Notes: a model not told the origin generated them from the sequence alone. A stretch of 64,000 nt of DNA from Octopus sinensis (GCF_006345805.1 NC_042998.1:115630001-115694000), one strand, 5' to 3'. Positions 13,540-27,384 are shown, numbered from the stretch's first letter. Numbers and translations are program-made.

Positions 13540-14060
13540 CGAGACAGTTGTTAAAAGGAGGGCGTTATGCTGAGTCCGAAGAAATTTGTGTTTGTAGACT
13601 CAAAACGTAACGCTGTTCCAGGCGGAGTCGCGAGTGTGTGGATCCGTGGTGCAGGGCGATGCCAAAGACGGAGATATTAGAGGTGGGGGCTGTTGGCTAA
13701 GTGGAAATGGCAGGCGACGAGGGTGTTCATGCGTAGCCAAAAATCTCTTAGATGTTCGGTGAACCTACGTAGAGTTTATTACAAAGATAACATCTAATGC
13801 AATTGATAAGGCTTGAAGAGGTGCAGCAAAAGGAGTTTCTAATGTGGAGAGCGTGCTGGTTGGAACCAGTGAAGGAGGTGGTGCTGGTGATGGAAGAGCA
13901 GGTGTGGCAGCGGGATGTAGAGCAAGGGAAGGATCTGGAGGGGCCTGGGGAGAAGAAGAGGTGCTATGGACCAGTAGATTGTGTGGGTTTTGGGCACATT
14001 TAAAGGAGGATAAGGGTGGGTTAGGGAAAATGGGGTGGGTGGGGAGATCTAGCTTATGTA
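13540..14060 (-). mobile_element. Penelope-like element, GIY-YIG endonuclease remnant
   Basis: HPIFPNPPLSSFK..NLLVHS, then by frameshift PGSFPCSTSRCHTC...CCTSSSLINCIRCYLCNKLYVG...FTEHLRD. Confidence 0.75.
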
Positions 14061-14779
14061 CATGTGGGTGTGAGATACTTGCAAGTATGTTTGTATATGT
14101 GTGCGTGTGAGCGTGTGTGTGTGTGTGCGTGTTTACGTGTATGTGTCGCTTAAATCTGTTTACTCTTTTAAAATAGAAACTTAGTTTAACTAATCTAAAG
14201 GTCAAAAGGACGCTCGTGCTTTTGAGATGTGAATATACTACCGAAGCCATATTTATGCACATCCCGATTAAATGATTGACTGATAACTAATTGTTAAGCA
14301 TAAGAATCGGAAATCTTAGTCGATTTTAATTTACGAGATAAAATATCGTTACGTAAAGAATTCAGTAACACTACTTGAAACCATCTTACTTGATGAGTAT
14401 AATTGAATAAATTCCGAAATAAATTTGTTGAGGTAAAGTCCAAATCTAGATTGAAAATTTTCATACGAAGAATTCCTTTGAAAACGGAAAAATTAATGAT
14501 TTTTCGAGTAGAATATATATGTGTGTATGCGTGCGTGTGTTATATAGTTCAAATTTACAGAAAGCAAAAGACGAAGACAGGCGAGGAAGCAACAAGCAGA
14601 TGTATTATAATTTGGTGATTAAGAAGAATGGACGTTTCGAGTCTACTGTCGACAGAAAGAGTTGAGAGGAAAAAAAGGAGAGAGAGCGAAAACAAAATAA
14701 ACACAAGAAGCCTGAGAAAGAAAAATGTGTGTTCTCTCAGTATACACCACTCCACTACAAACACATCGACTCGCACTCC

Positions 14780-15630
14780 TACCTTAACTTCTCTTTCTCC
14801 CACCCTACACACACCAAGCTCTCCATCCTCTACTCCTAAACTCCTCCATCTGCGCGGGATCTGCAGTAAAAACCTTGACTTTGAGACTCATTCTCAACTC
14901 ATGTCTCGCCACTTCATCCTTCGTGGATATCTCCTCACCACTATCCACACTGCCCTTGCTAGGGCACGTTCCGTGGACTTTGCCTCTGCTCTTTCTCCCC
15001 GCGCCCGCCTCACCGTTGCCCATCTCTCGTTTCCCCTAACCTACCACCCCTCCACCCTGCCCCTCCAACGCACCATTCTCCGAGCCTTCCGGCGACTCCA
15101 TTCCGAACTGTCCACCTTGCACATTATCTCCAACCTACTCCTTCCTTCCTCCAAACAAGCCTATAACTTGCGTGACCTCCTGGTCCACAGTTTCTTCCCT
15201 AACCCCACCTCTTAATCTGGCTCTTTCTCTTGATCCTACACACGCTGCTGTACTTGCCCCTATCTTTCCAACATCACCATCCTCACAGGCACCCATCATC
15301 GTCCCTATCACATCACTGAATCCTTCACCTGCACTTCTAGTAACATTTTTTTACTGCTTCTCCTACTCTTTCTACTCTTCCCTGTACATCCGTCAAACGC
15401 TTGGCTGACCGGTTCGCGGAGCACCTCCGAGACATCAGACTCGGGAATGACACCCTAGTTTCGAGCCATTTCTTCTCTACCGGTCATTCACTACAGCATC
15501 TATCAGTGTTCGGACTATCTGTTCACACAAGGGCCATCCGGACTTCCGCCTTTGTCGTGAACAGAAATTAATCTTTTCACTTCGCTCTTTTGCACCACAT
15601 GGGCTCAAATCCCCTCTCTTCGTCTGACAC
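14780..15630 (+). mobile_element. Penelope-like element, RT thumb plus GIY-YIG remnant
   Basis: LRGICS..DF...FILRGY, LTYHP, NLRDLLVHS, RCCTC, FTCTSSNIFYC, LADRFAEHLRDI, HF...GHS, REQKLIF.L...APHGL. Confidence 0.85.
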
Positions 15631-16312
15631 CTACTTCTTCTCTTCACTCCTCCTACCTCCTCTCATCATTGATGCCACCCCTCATCCGGATGACCAGTTA
15701 TAGCACTATCACAGCGTACCTATTCGTTTAGATCACCAGTGAACTAAACCCCTCATATCATTTATGTATGTATGTATTTATTTATAGATATACATATGTA
15801 TACAAAGAGGAAAGAGGAGAGAGTATGTGCAGAGAGACCTGTAAACTTCAGGCGATTAACTCTGCACTTATGCAAATCTTGGCTAACGGGCTCTATGGAA
15901 GGCTAAACGATACAGGAAAAGCAATGTATTGCGCACAAACTGAAATTCTAGGAGATTTAGTTCAACTGTAGCTAACATTTTAGGGATATGAAGGATAGAA
16001 ACATTAATTACTCTGTGTTCAATTTCATTGATAGCCTTTATATAGAAAGGGATTTGGCGTAGATGTAATTTATGTTGCATAAAGGTACTAAGGTGGAAAT
16101 CTGGACTAATTAAACAAATTAATGAGTTGTTAATTCGTTACCTACACCAGATTAAACCGTTTACCTAACTTGTATATTGTATTACATGATATTATAAAAC
16201 TATATACGCATTTGTATTGATTCCATTTCATTAAATACTGCTAATGTTATTTTTCTCTGATTTCTTTTCGTACTTACCGTTCTATAACTATTTTATTCAA
16301 TACAATGATATA

Positions 16313-16571
16313 CAGGGTTGGCCAAAAATCACCTGATAGTAAATCAAAATTTCAGATTTATTTATGTTTAACAACCGAATGAATTCCGCGATATATTTAT
16401 GCTTAACAACTGAATGAATTTAATAAAATCAACTAAATATGAAACATCAAGACAATTGTTCAAGCTGAAGTCCTTTTTGAGCGAGACATTTTTCCATTCG
16501 AGTCAATACAGAATTACAGATAGTATTTATGGAATTTTGATTTCCTCTCGGGTGACTTTTGGCAAACCTTG
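16313..16571. mobile_element. Tc1/mariner-family MITE
   Basis: 21-bp TIRs CAGGGTTGGCCAAAAATCACC / GGTGACTTTTGGCAAACCTTG, with TA on both sides. Confidence 0.8.
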
Positions 16572-18162
16572 TATACTTTCGAAAATGTTAATTATTCGTT
16601 TATATCTTGTTCTTCACCATCTTCACCTGTAGCAACATTTCATTTTCATATAAAATTATTTACTGATTCTGTTTAATGTAGTAAGGTTTATTTTTGTATT
16701 ATTAATATTTATTATTAAAAAAAAAACCTATATTATCGTATTTAGATATGAGTTTGACTTACTGTTCTACACTATTTAGGGCAAAATTAATCAGCTCCTT
16801 AAGTTGCAGATCTTTATTTGTATCGTTGTATTTTTCTATCTTTCTATCCTCTTTCCGTATTTTTATAGCTCCCTTCTTCCTTCCTATATTCTTACACTTT
16901 TCTTATAATTTCTATATTAAGTCCACATTTGTTATTGTCCTTCTGCTTTTCATAGGTATATATTATAGGTATGTAAGTTACACTTTCGATAGTTACGAGT
17001 ATAATGATGTTTTCTCATGGAAATTAATGGAATTCTAATGTATCGTAAATGTATCTAAATGTTTTATTTTATCCAACATTATGGTAATATTAAATGATCA
17101 TTGAACACACTCTTTTCATCCGTTATAGACACTGTTCATCGGTAAAATATATCGATTCTTATGGGAATTATTGGACTAGCGATTTCATCACGATTTATTT
17201 TTATAATCAAAGAATAATTGCTTTTCAATACTTGTTATAACTAGAAGAAAACAACTCCGAAATGAAAATAAATATGTAGTATTTGTGTGTGTATGTGTGT
17301 TTGTATGTGTGTATGTGTTTTTGCGTGTGTCTGTGTGTGTGTGTCTGTATGTTTGTATGAAATCGCTTGTAAGTGTATACATGTATACACATGTATGTAT
17401 TTATGTGAATGGGAAAGATGGATATATATATATATATATATATATATCTATATATATATATATATACAGTATACAAGCATATATAAATACAAACAAATTC
17501 ATAAGAACATAAATGTTTTCTACACTTAACTCCTGGAGATAAGATGGGACAAAGTTTGTGTTGATAAGAGCTAGAGACAGAAGCATGTATCCACGGTTGT
17601 CGTATTATCTCCAGAAAGTAAGCCTGTCGTTTTCCATTATGGCAAGTCAACTCTGTTAACAAGAACACATGAACACTACAGTACAAAACATTTAAGCTGA
17701 TAGTTTTTTTCAAGGATGTGGAAGGTACTTGCCCACACTGTTGTTTGAATTTCTGTGAATAACTGAGTCTCCTGAGATGTTATCTTCATGTTTCTGACAT
17801 CCTATCCTCTTTTTATTATATAACGGTATCTACAATAACAGGGATACCACTTTATTGTATTTTAATTTTTAAATCCTTATATTTAATGAGCTTGTGAATT
17901 TCCTTGGCAGATATATTCTTATCACTGGAAACTCATATCTACCAGTTTTACAAGTATCTTCTTTCTGTCTTTAAGGAATATATCCTGGTTGAGTAGCGTG
18001 GATTGTCGATTAGCCTGTCTGTTGACAGGAACACTCTAGAGCGTGGTGACATTTTCGCCTTCAGTTGCTCGGAATGGTGTTTATATCATTTAGTAGGAGT
18101 GTCGATTTGGTAATGCTTGCATATTTCTCAATAAAAATATCCCCCTACTGTTCTCGCGTCGA

Positions 18163-18466
18163 TTTTTTTATGTCGCTGCTTGTGTAGGAATCTAGGCAAG
18201 CGGGATCATATCACCACTGTTGATAACAAAGACGAACAATGGTTTAAATATTTTGTAGCCATTTATTTTCTACTCGTACATAACATCGTGCAGGCGTACC
18301 GCGTGTATATACAAATGTATGGTAAGTGTACGCCTGTACGATATTACGTACGAGTAGAAAATAAATTGCTCCAAAAATTTTAAACAATTGTTCGTCTTTG
18401 TTATCACAGTGGTGATTGTGAACCCGCTTGCCTAGATTTCTACACGAGCAGCAACAGTAGAAAAAC
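18163..18466. repeat. Long imperfect palindrome (~135-bp arms)
   Basis: tgtcgctgcttgtgtaggaatctaggcaagcggg...caggcgtac mirrors gtacgcctg...cccgcttgcctagatttctacacgagcagcaaca. Confidence 0.9.
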
Positions 18467-19039
18467 TTTGTCGGCTCATTCTTCTAGAAGGAGCAGAAAA
18501 TTGGTTACACTGGTACAAAGCCACGTTCGCAGTAACATGAAATAACCAAAGAAGGAGAACATTCAAGGATGACCGCGGGTTTTCTGAGATATAGACGGAC
18601 ACAAAGGGAACCCTCTCCTTTTTCTGACAACAAAATAAGCTCGATTCCACATACGAACCGGAAGCGATTCACTTCCGACAAGTTGTGAAAATTAATACTA
18701 AATAGTAATACAATAGACTTATCGTTGGAGATAACAGTATATTTGTTTGGTATTAGCACAGAATTTGTGGCAGAATTTGTATTTTGGGCTTCCATCATTT
18801 TAAAGAATATTTGCCTGATAATTTCTGATAAACAAAGTTTGTTCTGCAGTCTGTATAAAACAATATGCCAGTATGATACAGAATACTGCAGTCTCTACTT
18901 TCAGTCCTGAACTCCTCAGCAAAAGAGGAGTCGTGTATATCGCTATTATATATTAGATAATCAAAACAACATACTACACGAGAGAAAGGGGATTACACTA
19001 TCCCATATTGACAAGTTGAACATGCTAGTCTCAATTTTT

Positions 19040-19480
19040 GACCAGACTGCCTAGCAATGAAAGCAATATGGAAAGACTGTAAAATCATCATCTAAAACTA
19101 CTAAAGATCCTGGTCTGTACAGTTTTAAATGTGAAGTAAAGACATGAAAAATACTTGACACCAAGAAACGAAGGACATTTATAACATGCTACAGATGATT
19201 ATTTGGGTGGTTCTTAGAAAGAAAGATTCAGAACAGGTGGGGATGAGAGAGGAGCAAAACGTTGGTGACGATAGTCAGATGATAAAATTGTAATACTTTG
19301 GTCACACTTTCGAGGTTCAGAACTTTTGTGTCCGCATCATCGGAGACAGAATGTTTGACAAATAGGCACATGTGCAACAAAGACGATGGATCGAAGGAGA
19401 GAGAATCCTGTTGAAGTCTATGACAACAATACAAGACCGCAGTGTATGGCGACGAGTGGTAATTAGGTCTGAGGTTTTCG
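19040..19480 (+). mobile_element. Degenerate RTE LINE 3' fragment
   Basis: MKAIWKD..., KL*YFGHT..., QRRW: decayed RTE C-terminal motifs. Confidence 0.45.
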
Positions 19481-19769
19481 ACACTCAGTAATGAGAATGA
19501 GGATATTCATACATTCATGCCTATTTAAATGAGTTGATAGTCAGACGTACATAATTTCGCTCCGTAGCGTCAGATGAGACTTGGCTCCATATGTATCAAT
19601 GTCTTATGAAAGTACTTTCCATTGATGGACAATAAATCCTGTTTCAATTATGCAGAAATAAAGATTTTTATCTGTTCGGTTTGTATGACTCCTTCTGCTC
19701 ATCTTTGATACACAAAACAAGAAATATTTAGAATAACTATATCTAATCTTTATCTTTTATCTTACATCC

Positions 19770-19986
19770 TTTATTTGTTTCCGTCATTTCACTGCGTCCA
19801 TGTTGAGGCATCGCTTCGAAGTGTTTTCGTCAAAGAAATCGACCTCATTACTTATTTTTTAATGCCTGGTAGTTATACTGTCACTCTGTTTTGCTGAACT
19901 GCTAGATTACGAGGACGTAAGCACACTCATACTGGTTTTCGAATAGTGGTGAGAGACAAACACAGACACAAAAACACACGTATATA

Positions 19987-20046
<60 letters not shown>

Positions 20047-20208
20047 CACACACGACGGGCCTTTACCGTTTACCAAATCCACTCACAAGGCTTTGTTCGG
20101 CCCGATGCTATAGTAGAAGATACTTGCGCGAGATACCCCGCAGTGGGATTGAACAACTGAGCATGTGGTTCAGATGCAAACTTCTTACCACTCAACCACG
20201 CCTGCGGC
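19770..20208 (-). mobile_element. tRNA-derived SINE, second family, with internal (TA)n
   Basis: Reverse-complement similarity to 22816-23175. Confidence 0.72.
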
Positions 20209-20714
20209 TATATTTTTATTAAAGATTTATATTAAGGTATCTATGTGACCTGAAGAAGTGCTTATGTACTTAGCCTACGGAATCTTTTGCTATATTAGAA
20301 ATTGTATTTAAACCAGTGGTACAAAATTAAGCAGATAATATTCCTACTATTTATTTGTGTGTCTATTATAGAATGATGCATGTATTATATTATACGTTTG
20401 AAAGTCTCACCATTATTATATAAAATATGATGAGAAAACTATCTAATAATAATATTCAGTAGTTTTTTTTTAAGACTATGAAAGGGGGAATAGCAAGTTT
20501 ATTGAAGTAAAGCAGCTCCCCCATGGGTTTAGGTACGGAATACATTTACTTATGTCTAAGTGTAAAGTGATGTCCTGGAAATTAACTTGTTTCATAAAGA
20601 TGTCGATGGCAATATTCAGACTAAATTCTCTAAAGACAAATATTAAGCAAATTCTGAAATCATATTAGTTGAACGGTTTACGTAGGTGTGCGTTTATAAT
20701 ACATATGCACTCTT

Positions 20715-20755
20715 ATCTATCTGTCTGTCTGTCCGTCTGTCCATACATACATACA

Positions 20756-20791
<36 letters not shown>

Positions 20792-20825
20792 TATGTATAT
20801 ATACACACACTCACAGCTACGTATA

Positions 20826-20876
<51 letters not shown>

Positions 20877-20878
20877 AC

Positions 20879-20910
<32 letters not shown>

Positions 20911-20978
20911 GTATACATATATATATATATATGTATACATATATATATATATATGTATACATATATATATATATATGT

Positions 20979-21060
<82 letters not shown>

Positions 21061-21120
21061 AGGATATTTATGCATAAGTGTATGTGATTTACATATGTAT
21101 ATATATGTATGTGTATACAT
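20715..21120. repeat. Compound microsatellite with a ~22-bp higher-order unit (tata...tgtataca)
   Basis: Direct reading. Confidence 0.9.
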
Positions 21121-21235
21121 TATTCATAAATCCATACGAAGCGGGGGCAATGTATTAGTGTCATATAGGAATATGAGAAGAACACTCTTGTTCGGATAAA
21201 CGCATCATCTATTTCTTGTCTATATATTGCATAAG

Positions 21236-21283
<48 letters not shown>

Positions 21284-21344
21284 TCCTTAGCACGCAGCCT
21301 TTTCTGTGTATATGTATTATCCACGCACATACGCATTATGCATG

Positions 21345-21388
<44 letters not shown>

Positions 21389-21428
21389 GTTTTGTATATG
21401 TATGTGTGACATACATTATTACAAATGG

Positions 21429-21467
<39 letters not shown>

Positions 21468-21879
21468 CATCTATATACATCTATATTATATACATGTGTG
21501 TATGCATATGTATGTGCGTGTGTCTTTGTTTGTTTGTGACTGTATAAAGATATCCCTTATTTAATGCTTTACCAGAGAAAGAAGAGAAGCTTGCCTGATC
21601 GTTACAAGGTAATCAAGAGTGATATAGAGAAATGGTCGAAGAAAGTACAGATCATGTATTTCTGCACTTTAATTGTCTTTTGGTCTGACATCTGACATGG
21701 AAATATACAACTCAACGCAATTGAAGACCAAGCGATAGTCATAAACCATGTAACTCTTTAGGTCTACTGTTCAACCTACTCTACAAACATTCTCGCGCAT
21801 AAAGCTTGTCTAAGAAGCCTTGAAGTGGTTTCAAACCCGAATCGCATAAGTGAAAGGCCAATTAGTTAACATATGACTA

Positions 21880-22440
21880 TACAAACTTTCAAAAAGTGTC
21901 CGACTTTATTTTTTCCCACCAAAACTAAAGTCACGAGGGCAATATTCTTTGGGTGGAAGATGACATCACTCTTTCTACGCATGCCTGAAAATTCTTGCGC
22001 CCATAGGCTGCATCAGTTTCCGGCTGTTACACTTTGAGTACAGACGTCTAGTGCGCGCGTGTTGGATTTTCGTTTTTACGTAACGCTTCAAGCAGAAATA
22101 TTGCATCACGTTTTGCCAAAAGCTTGTTAATATTCAAGCACAGACAAGCTAGAAGATTCGGCGGGCCTTCGTGATGACGTCATGGACAATACTCACATCA
22201 ATGCTTCAAACATGGATGCAACTCAGAGCAGCGCGTGGTGCGCTCAGGCAGGCAATCCAGAAGCAGAAACAAGCATCCGATTGCGAAGGTTCGGCGAATA
22301 GTCATGGAAGATCATCGTATAGCAAGCCAGGAAATTGCTAACGAAGTGGGAAAATGCACAGGATCAGTGCATTCCAATTTATCATTGGATTTGTGCATAC
22401 GGCGAGTGTCGGCGAAATTCGTTCCCATGCATGATTTTTT
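21880..22440 (+). mobile_element. Mariner transposase 5' remnant (HTH region)
   Basis: RSGRQSRSRN..IAKVRRIVMEDHRIASQEIANEVG...GSVHS.L..DL.IRRVSAKFVP (WVP-motif equivalent). Confidence 0.8.
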
Positions 22441-22464
22441 TCAAATTCCAGAAACAATATTTTA

Positions 22465-22717
22465 CTTTTATGTTTATTTGATATGACTATCTCAAAGTGT
22501 CTATTCATCACGTTTTCCCTGGATGTGATGATTTCTAGAGTTTCATCTAGGCATAAGTTGCATACCATTGATGTTCCATTGTATAGCGCAGCATCTTTAT
22601 AATGGACCAGTTGGTCGTATGCTCCACTCCATTCTGTTTGAGCCCCAGGCGATATTCGGTAGTGATGCGGAGTACTTTTTATTTATATAAGGAAATATAT
22701 TTATATTTTGTTATATA

Positions 22718-22797
<80 letters not shown>

Positions 22798-23470
22798 TTC
22801 TTAAATATTTTTAATAGGCGTAGGAGTGGCTGTGTGGTAAGTAGCTTGCTTACCAACCACATGATTCCGGGTTCAGTCCCACTTAGTGGCACCTTGGGCA
22901 AGTGTCTTCTAATATAACCTCAGGCCGACTTTGTGAGTGGATTTGGTAGACGGAAACTGAAAAAAAGCCCGTCGAATATATGGATATATATATGTTTGTG
23001 TGTGTATGTTTGTGTGTCTGTGTTTGTCCCCCCAACATCGCTTGACAACCGATGCTGGTGTGTTTACGTCCCCGTAACGTAGCGGTTTGGCAAAAGAGGC
23101 TTACAAAGTATAAGTCCTGGGGTCGATTTGCTCCAGCATGGCCACAGTTAAATGGCTGAAACAAGTAAAAGAGTATGATGGTTATGTAGACGGTATTTCA
23201 TGGTGTCTCCGGTCTCCAGTGCCACCAGTGCCTTAACCTCAAATTTCTAAAGTAAATTCTTTATGACGCAATTGCTGTTAAATCTGAATTCTCCTTTACG
23301 TCTACAGTTACATAAGATATTATTTGTTTCCGTTCTACCAGCGTAGTTACTAATAGTGTTCCTCTTTCTTCTTTCTCCTGTAATCCTATTACATTCAGGG
23401 AAAACGTGGTAAATAGATACTCTGTGGTGCTCATAGCATATAAACATAAAAACAAAACATCGTTTCGGTA
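22465..23470 (-). mobile_element. Penelope-like GIY-YIG C-terminus, interrupted by (TA)n and a SINE
   Basis: CNCRRKGEFRFNSNCVIKN (23250-23310) and WGLK..NWSII..CNLCLDETLEII...MNRHFEIV..NKHK (22470-22660). Confidence 0.6.
22816..23175 (+). mobile_element. tRNA-derived SINE, second family
   Basis: ggcgtaggagtggctgtgtggtaag head, B box gggttcagtccc, accttgggcaagtgtctt block; related copies at 19770-20208 and 56946-57108. Confidence 0.8.
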
Positions 23471-24213
23471 ATTTGATAGAATTGAAACGGAATAATATCA
23501 ACTACCCTTGCATTTTCTAGAACAAGGAAGAAACACAAACAAATAAACAAACCATCTAATATTTAGGATGCTATACACTATACCATCAAAAATAATTTAA
23601 AGATCACCCTAGGAAAGTATCATTTATCAATTCAGACAATAACCTCAAAAGCTGATGGGTGTACCAGCTGAGCTGTTTACTTCAGAATTCATTGAAGATA
23701 GTCATGCCTTAAATGAGATCTCTTTCCATCACCTTCCATCCGCTCCACCAAATACACACAAATACATGCATAACTCAATCAACCTTCGCACTGTTCAAAA
23801 GGAATAAACACCCCTCTATTAAACATCCATTGATGTTATATCGCTTGAAGAAATGAATCCGTGAAGATGATCATCCCGATGCCCATGTATACTACGGACT
23901 ACACTTTGATCATTCCAAGAATACGGACTGTGCTCTTAAAAGACATGAAATCTGTTGAAACGCGTGTAGCGATTCATTAAATGTTTATAATTTCCATCCA
24001 AGGATTATTGTTATTATTTCTATATTTATCTTACACTTTATACGCACAGCTCGACTCAACCCACCAAAACTGGTTCATCAGTCAGCATAATTAGGCTGTG
24101 GTTGACATAATGGAATACGAGCTATATTTGCATATTCAAAACGTTCCCCGTAACCTAGTTTAAAAGATATATATATATATATTATGAATGTTTGCATGTA
24201 TGAATATATGTAA

Positions 24214-24352
<139 letters not shown>

Positions 24353-24377
24353 GTATGTATATCTATCTATCTATGTA

Positions 24378-24417
<40 letters not shown>

Positions 24418-25459
24418 TATATACACACACTTGTACATACAAGCGTATGTACATGTATATATATATATATATATGTCTGAAAATATGTGTATATTATCCA
24501 TATGTGTGCGTATGTATATATGTGTGTGTATGTGTGTATGTCTATGCGTGTTCCAAGTTGTAGGCCTGTGTTTTGTATAGGGGTACATCATTTCACAGAA
24601 AAGTTCATTAACTATGTAACTTTTCTGCAATTTGTTCCTTTTTGCTTGTGGCTGGAGAAAAATATTGAAACTATTGTCTAGCACGAAGTTCTAGTTAGAG
24701 AATTCAGTAATTTAGAGTAATTAGTGTAAAAATACCTAGGCGTGGCTTAATATAGACGCAGGCATCGGTTTGTAGTTCGCTTTATCCAAAATGAAGTGAA
24801 TGCTTGTGATTTTACTTATTTTTGGTAATAATAAAGGTGAACGAAGCTTGATATAGTGGCAACAATTTCTGTGTATGTGTGCGCTTGCGTGTGTGCATGA
24901 TTGTGTGTGGTGTGTTTGTGTTTACATATACATACGGACATATATATCTTTGTGTGTGTATATATGTGTGTGTGTGTTTGTCTTAAGATATGTATGTATG
25001 TATGTATGTATGCATATATTATATATCTTTTGCAGTCAATCTTAACAGGTTTCGCACAGGATATTTGATAACATGGCAGTCACCAAGTGCATACATACAT
25101 TTCGGAGATGGCAGATATATATGTAGTTAAAAAAGATGTAACGACTGCTCTCTTTTTATTGTATCGGTGTTCTAGTATTTATAGTTTGTATATGAATTCA
25201 GTGTATGGATGAAAAGGAAATCCAGTGAATATGCTTAGAAATATTTTTCGAATTAATTGGAAATTTGTATTTTTTCAATGCGCAGAAATGGGAGAAAATG
25301 TTCTAATAGGAAGTGTAAGTTAATAAAAAAGTGATATGGATCACACTTAGAATGTTTTCTTTGTATAGGGACTGTGTGGTTTATGAGTGAATGATATACC
25401 TTCAAACAGGAAATGAAACCGCCCTGTACATATGGTTAAGCAGATTACCACTCAGTATA

Positions 25460-25843
25460 GGAGCACTCCGTCGGTTGCGACGACGAGGGTCCCAGCTGAT
25501 ACGATCAACGGAACAGCTTGCTCGTGATATTAACGTGCAAGTGGCTGAGCACTCCACAGACACGTGTACTCTTAACGTAGTTCTCGAGGTGATTCAGCGT
25601 GACAGAGAGTGTGACAAGGCTGGTCCTTTGAAATACAGGTACAAGAGAAACAGGAAGAAAGAGCGAGAGAAAGTTGTGGTGAAAGAGTACAGCAGGGTTC
25701 ACCACCACCCCCTGTCGGAGCCTCGTGGAGCTTTAGGTGTTTTCGCTCAATAAACACTCGCAATGCCCGGTCTGGGAATCGAAACCGCGATCCTCCGACC
25801 GCGAGTCCGCTGCCCTAACCACTGGGCCATTGCGCCTCCACTA
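25460..25843 (-). mobile_element. Young tRNA-derived SINE with 13-bp TSD
   Basis: A box TGGCCCAGTGG, B box GGTTTCGATTCCC; TSD accactcagtata at 25447-59 and 25844-56. Confidence 0.9.
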
Positions 25844-26918
25844 ACCACTCAGTATACAGGATTAACAATTCACTACTCAGCAAGTTAAACTTATACAAAA
25901 CATGTAAAATAGCTGCTAAGAGTTGTAACATTCATGCTTTTCCCAATAATATTATTGATGTTTAAGTGAAATAACGCGAGGCAAAGAGAAACAAAATCGA
26001 ATCAAGCAAACTAATCACATTTACTTAGTGTTGAATAAGCAGTTTGATGTGCACAAATTCATCACTTCTTATTCTTGTTCAGTTGAATGTTATCCTGCCC
26101 GAGCATAGTTACACCCAAAATGCCTCACAGTCGTGATAATGCCGCATTTATTCAAGCACACTTTATGTAGGATTACATGAAAAAATGTGCACTTCTAATT
26201 TTCAGGAAAGTTTAGCTGATGTTTCTAGACACGAGGCTGTTTACATGATAGTGTGTTGTTGTTGATGGTGTTAGTAGGCGAGTTGGCGGTGGTGATAGTG
26301 GTGGTGGTGGTACCAGTGGTGGTGGTAGGGGTGGCGATGGTGGTGTCGTAATTGCTGTTTAGCCCTAGATTACACTCTTCCTGGGAAACGCTCCGGCAGT
26401 ACCCACCGAGTATTATTTTTTTCAGTCATCACAGTGTATTTAGAACTATATTATCATGTGGGATTTTTTTCTCCTCTGAAGGTTTGGCCGCTATTTCTAG
26501 CTGGTTTACCACCACATTGGAAAAACCTCGTTGACTCATGGGCAACATCAATTGATAATTGAATAACATAAGGTGAACTTTAGAAAAAGAAATTGCAATA
26601 GAAATATCAAAGAAATCAAAAAAAAAAAAACATTTTGTCAGATGTTAAAGATATAGGAAGAATACAAGCATAGTTCTTTCATTGTTTTTAAATAAAATAA
26701 TGGAATGGTTAATACGTTCAAGAATGCTAAACAAGAACATACTTTCTGAGAGGTAGTTGACGAAGCAAAAATAAAGGTATAAGTAATATAAAATTTGAAA
26801 TAATAAAACAGCAAGCTTTAACAAAAATGTAAAAAAAATAACCTCTTCGTTACAATACACTACGTTACAATACATACAAAAACAGAAACGTAGCAAAAGA
26901 AATTTCAATAGCACTTAC

Positions 26919-26981
26919 CAAAAGCACCTTGGCAAAATAATTCTTTACGCTTCTTAGTTCTTTTGCATGAACCACAATTTG
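26919..26981 (-). CDS. ADAMTSL5: ADAMTSL5-like protein, exon F (start of netrin-like NTR module)
   Basis: cag acceptor, gtaagt donor; 63 nt, phase 1-1; (A)NCGSCKRTKKRKELFCQGAF resembles the NTR N-terminal 'CxxC...FC.xDFV'; phase fits exon E. Not present in the ORF track. Confidence 0.78.
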
Positions 26982-27301
26982 CTGCCAGACATGATGGAAC
27001 ACAATGAATAAGTATTAAAAAAAATAATAAAACAGTTTTCTAAAACCTAAAACATCACAAACATTAAAAAAGAAAAGGGAACATCACTTAGATATCTTTC
27101 TGAGAAAAAAAAAGAAAGAAAGAAAAAAGAAAAAAAAAGTTAAGTTTTTATATAAGAAATATAATAAAAAAAATAATAGAAGTATCAAGGGAAATTGCTT
27201 TAGTGAAATCAATAAACACAAAAGTACAAAATCAGTCTTTAAGAAAATAAGGACAATGGAAGAATACACACGTACATACACACCCATATATATATATGTA
27301 T

Positions 27302-27384
<83 letters not shown>

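Noticed and set aside
20245-20285. CTGAAGA followed by a hairpin (similar cases at 24060-24085 minus, 30538, 30610-30660 minus, 31012)
   Set aside because: No GAAA...UH in the right position with a closing stem I
25770-25840. tRNA-like sequence
   Set aside because: It is a SINE head continuing into a repeat body with TSD, not a tRNA gene
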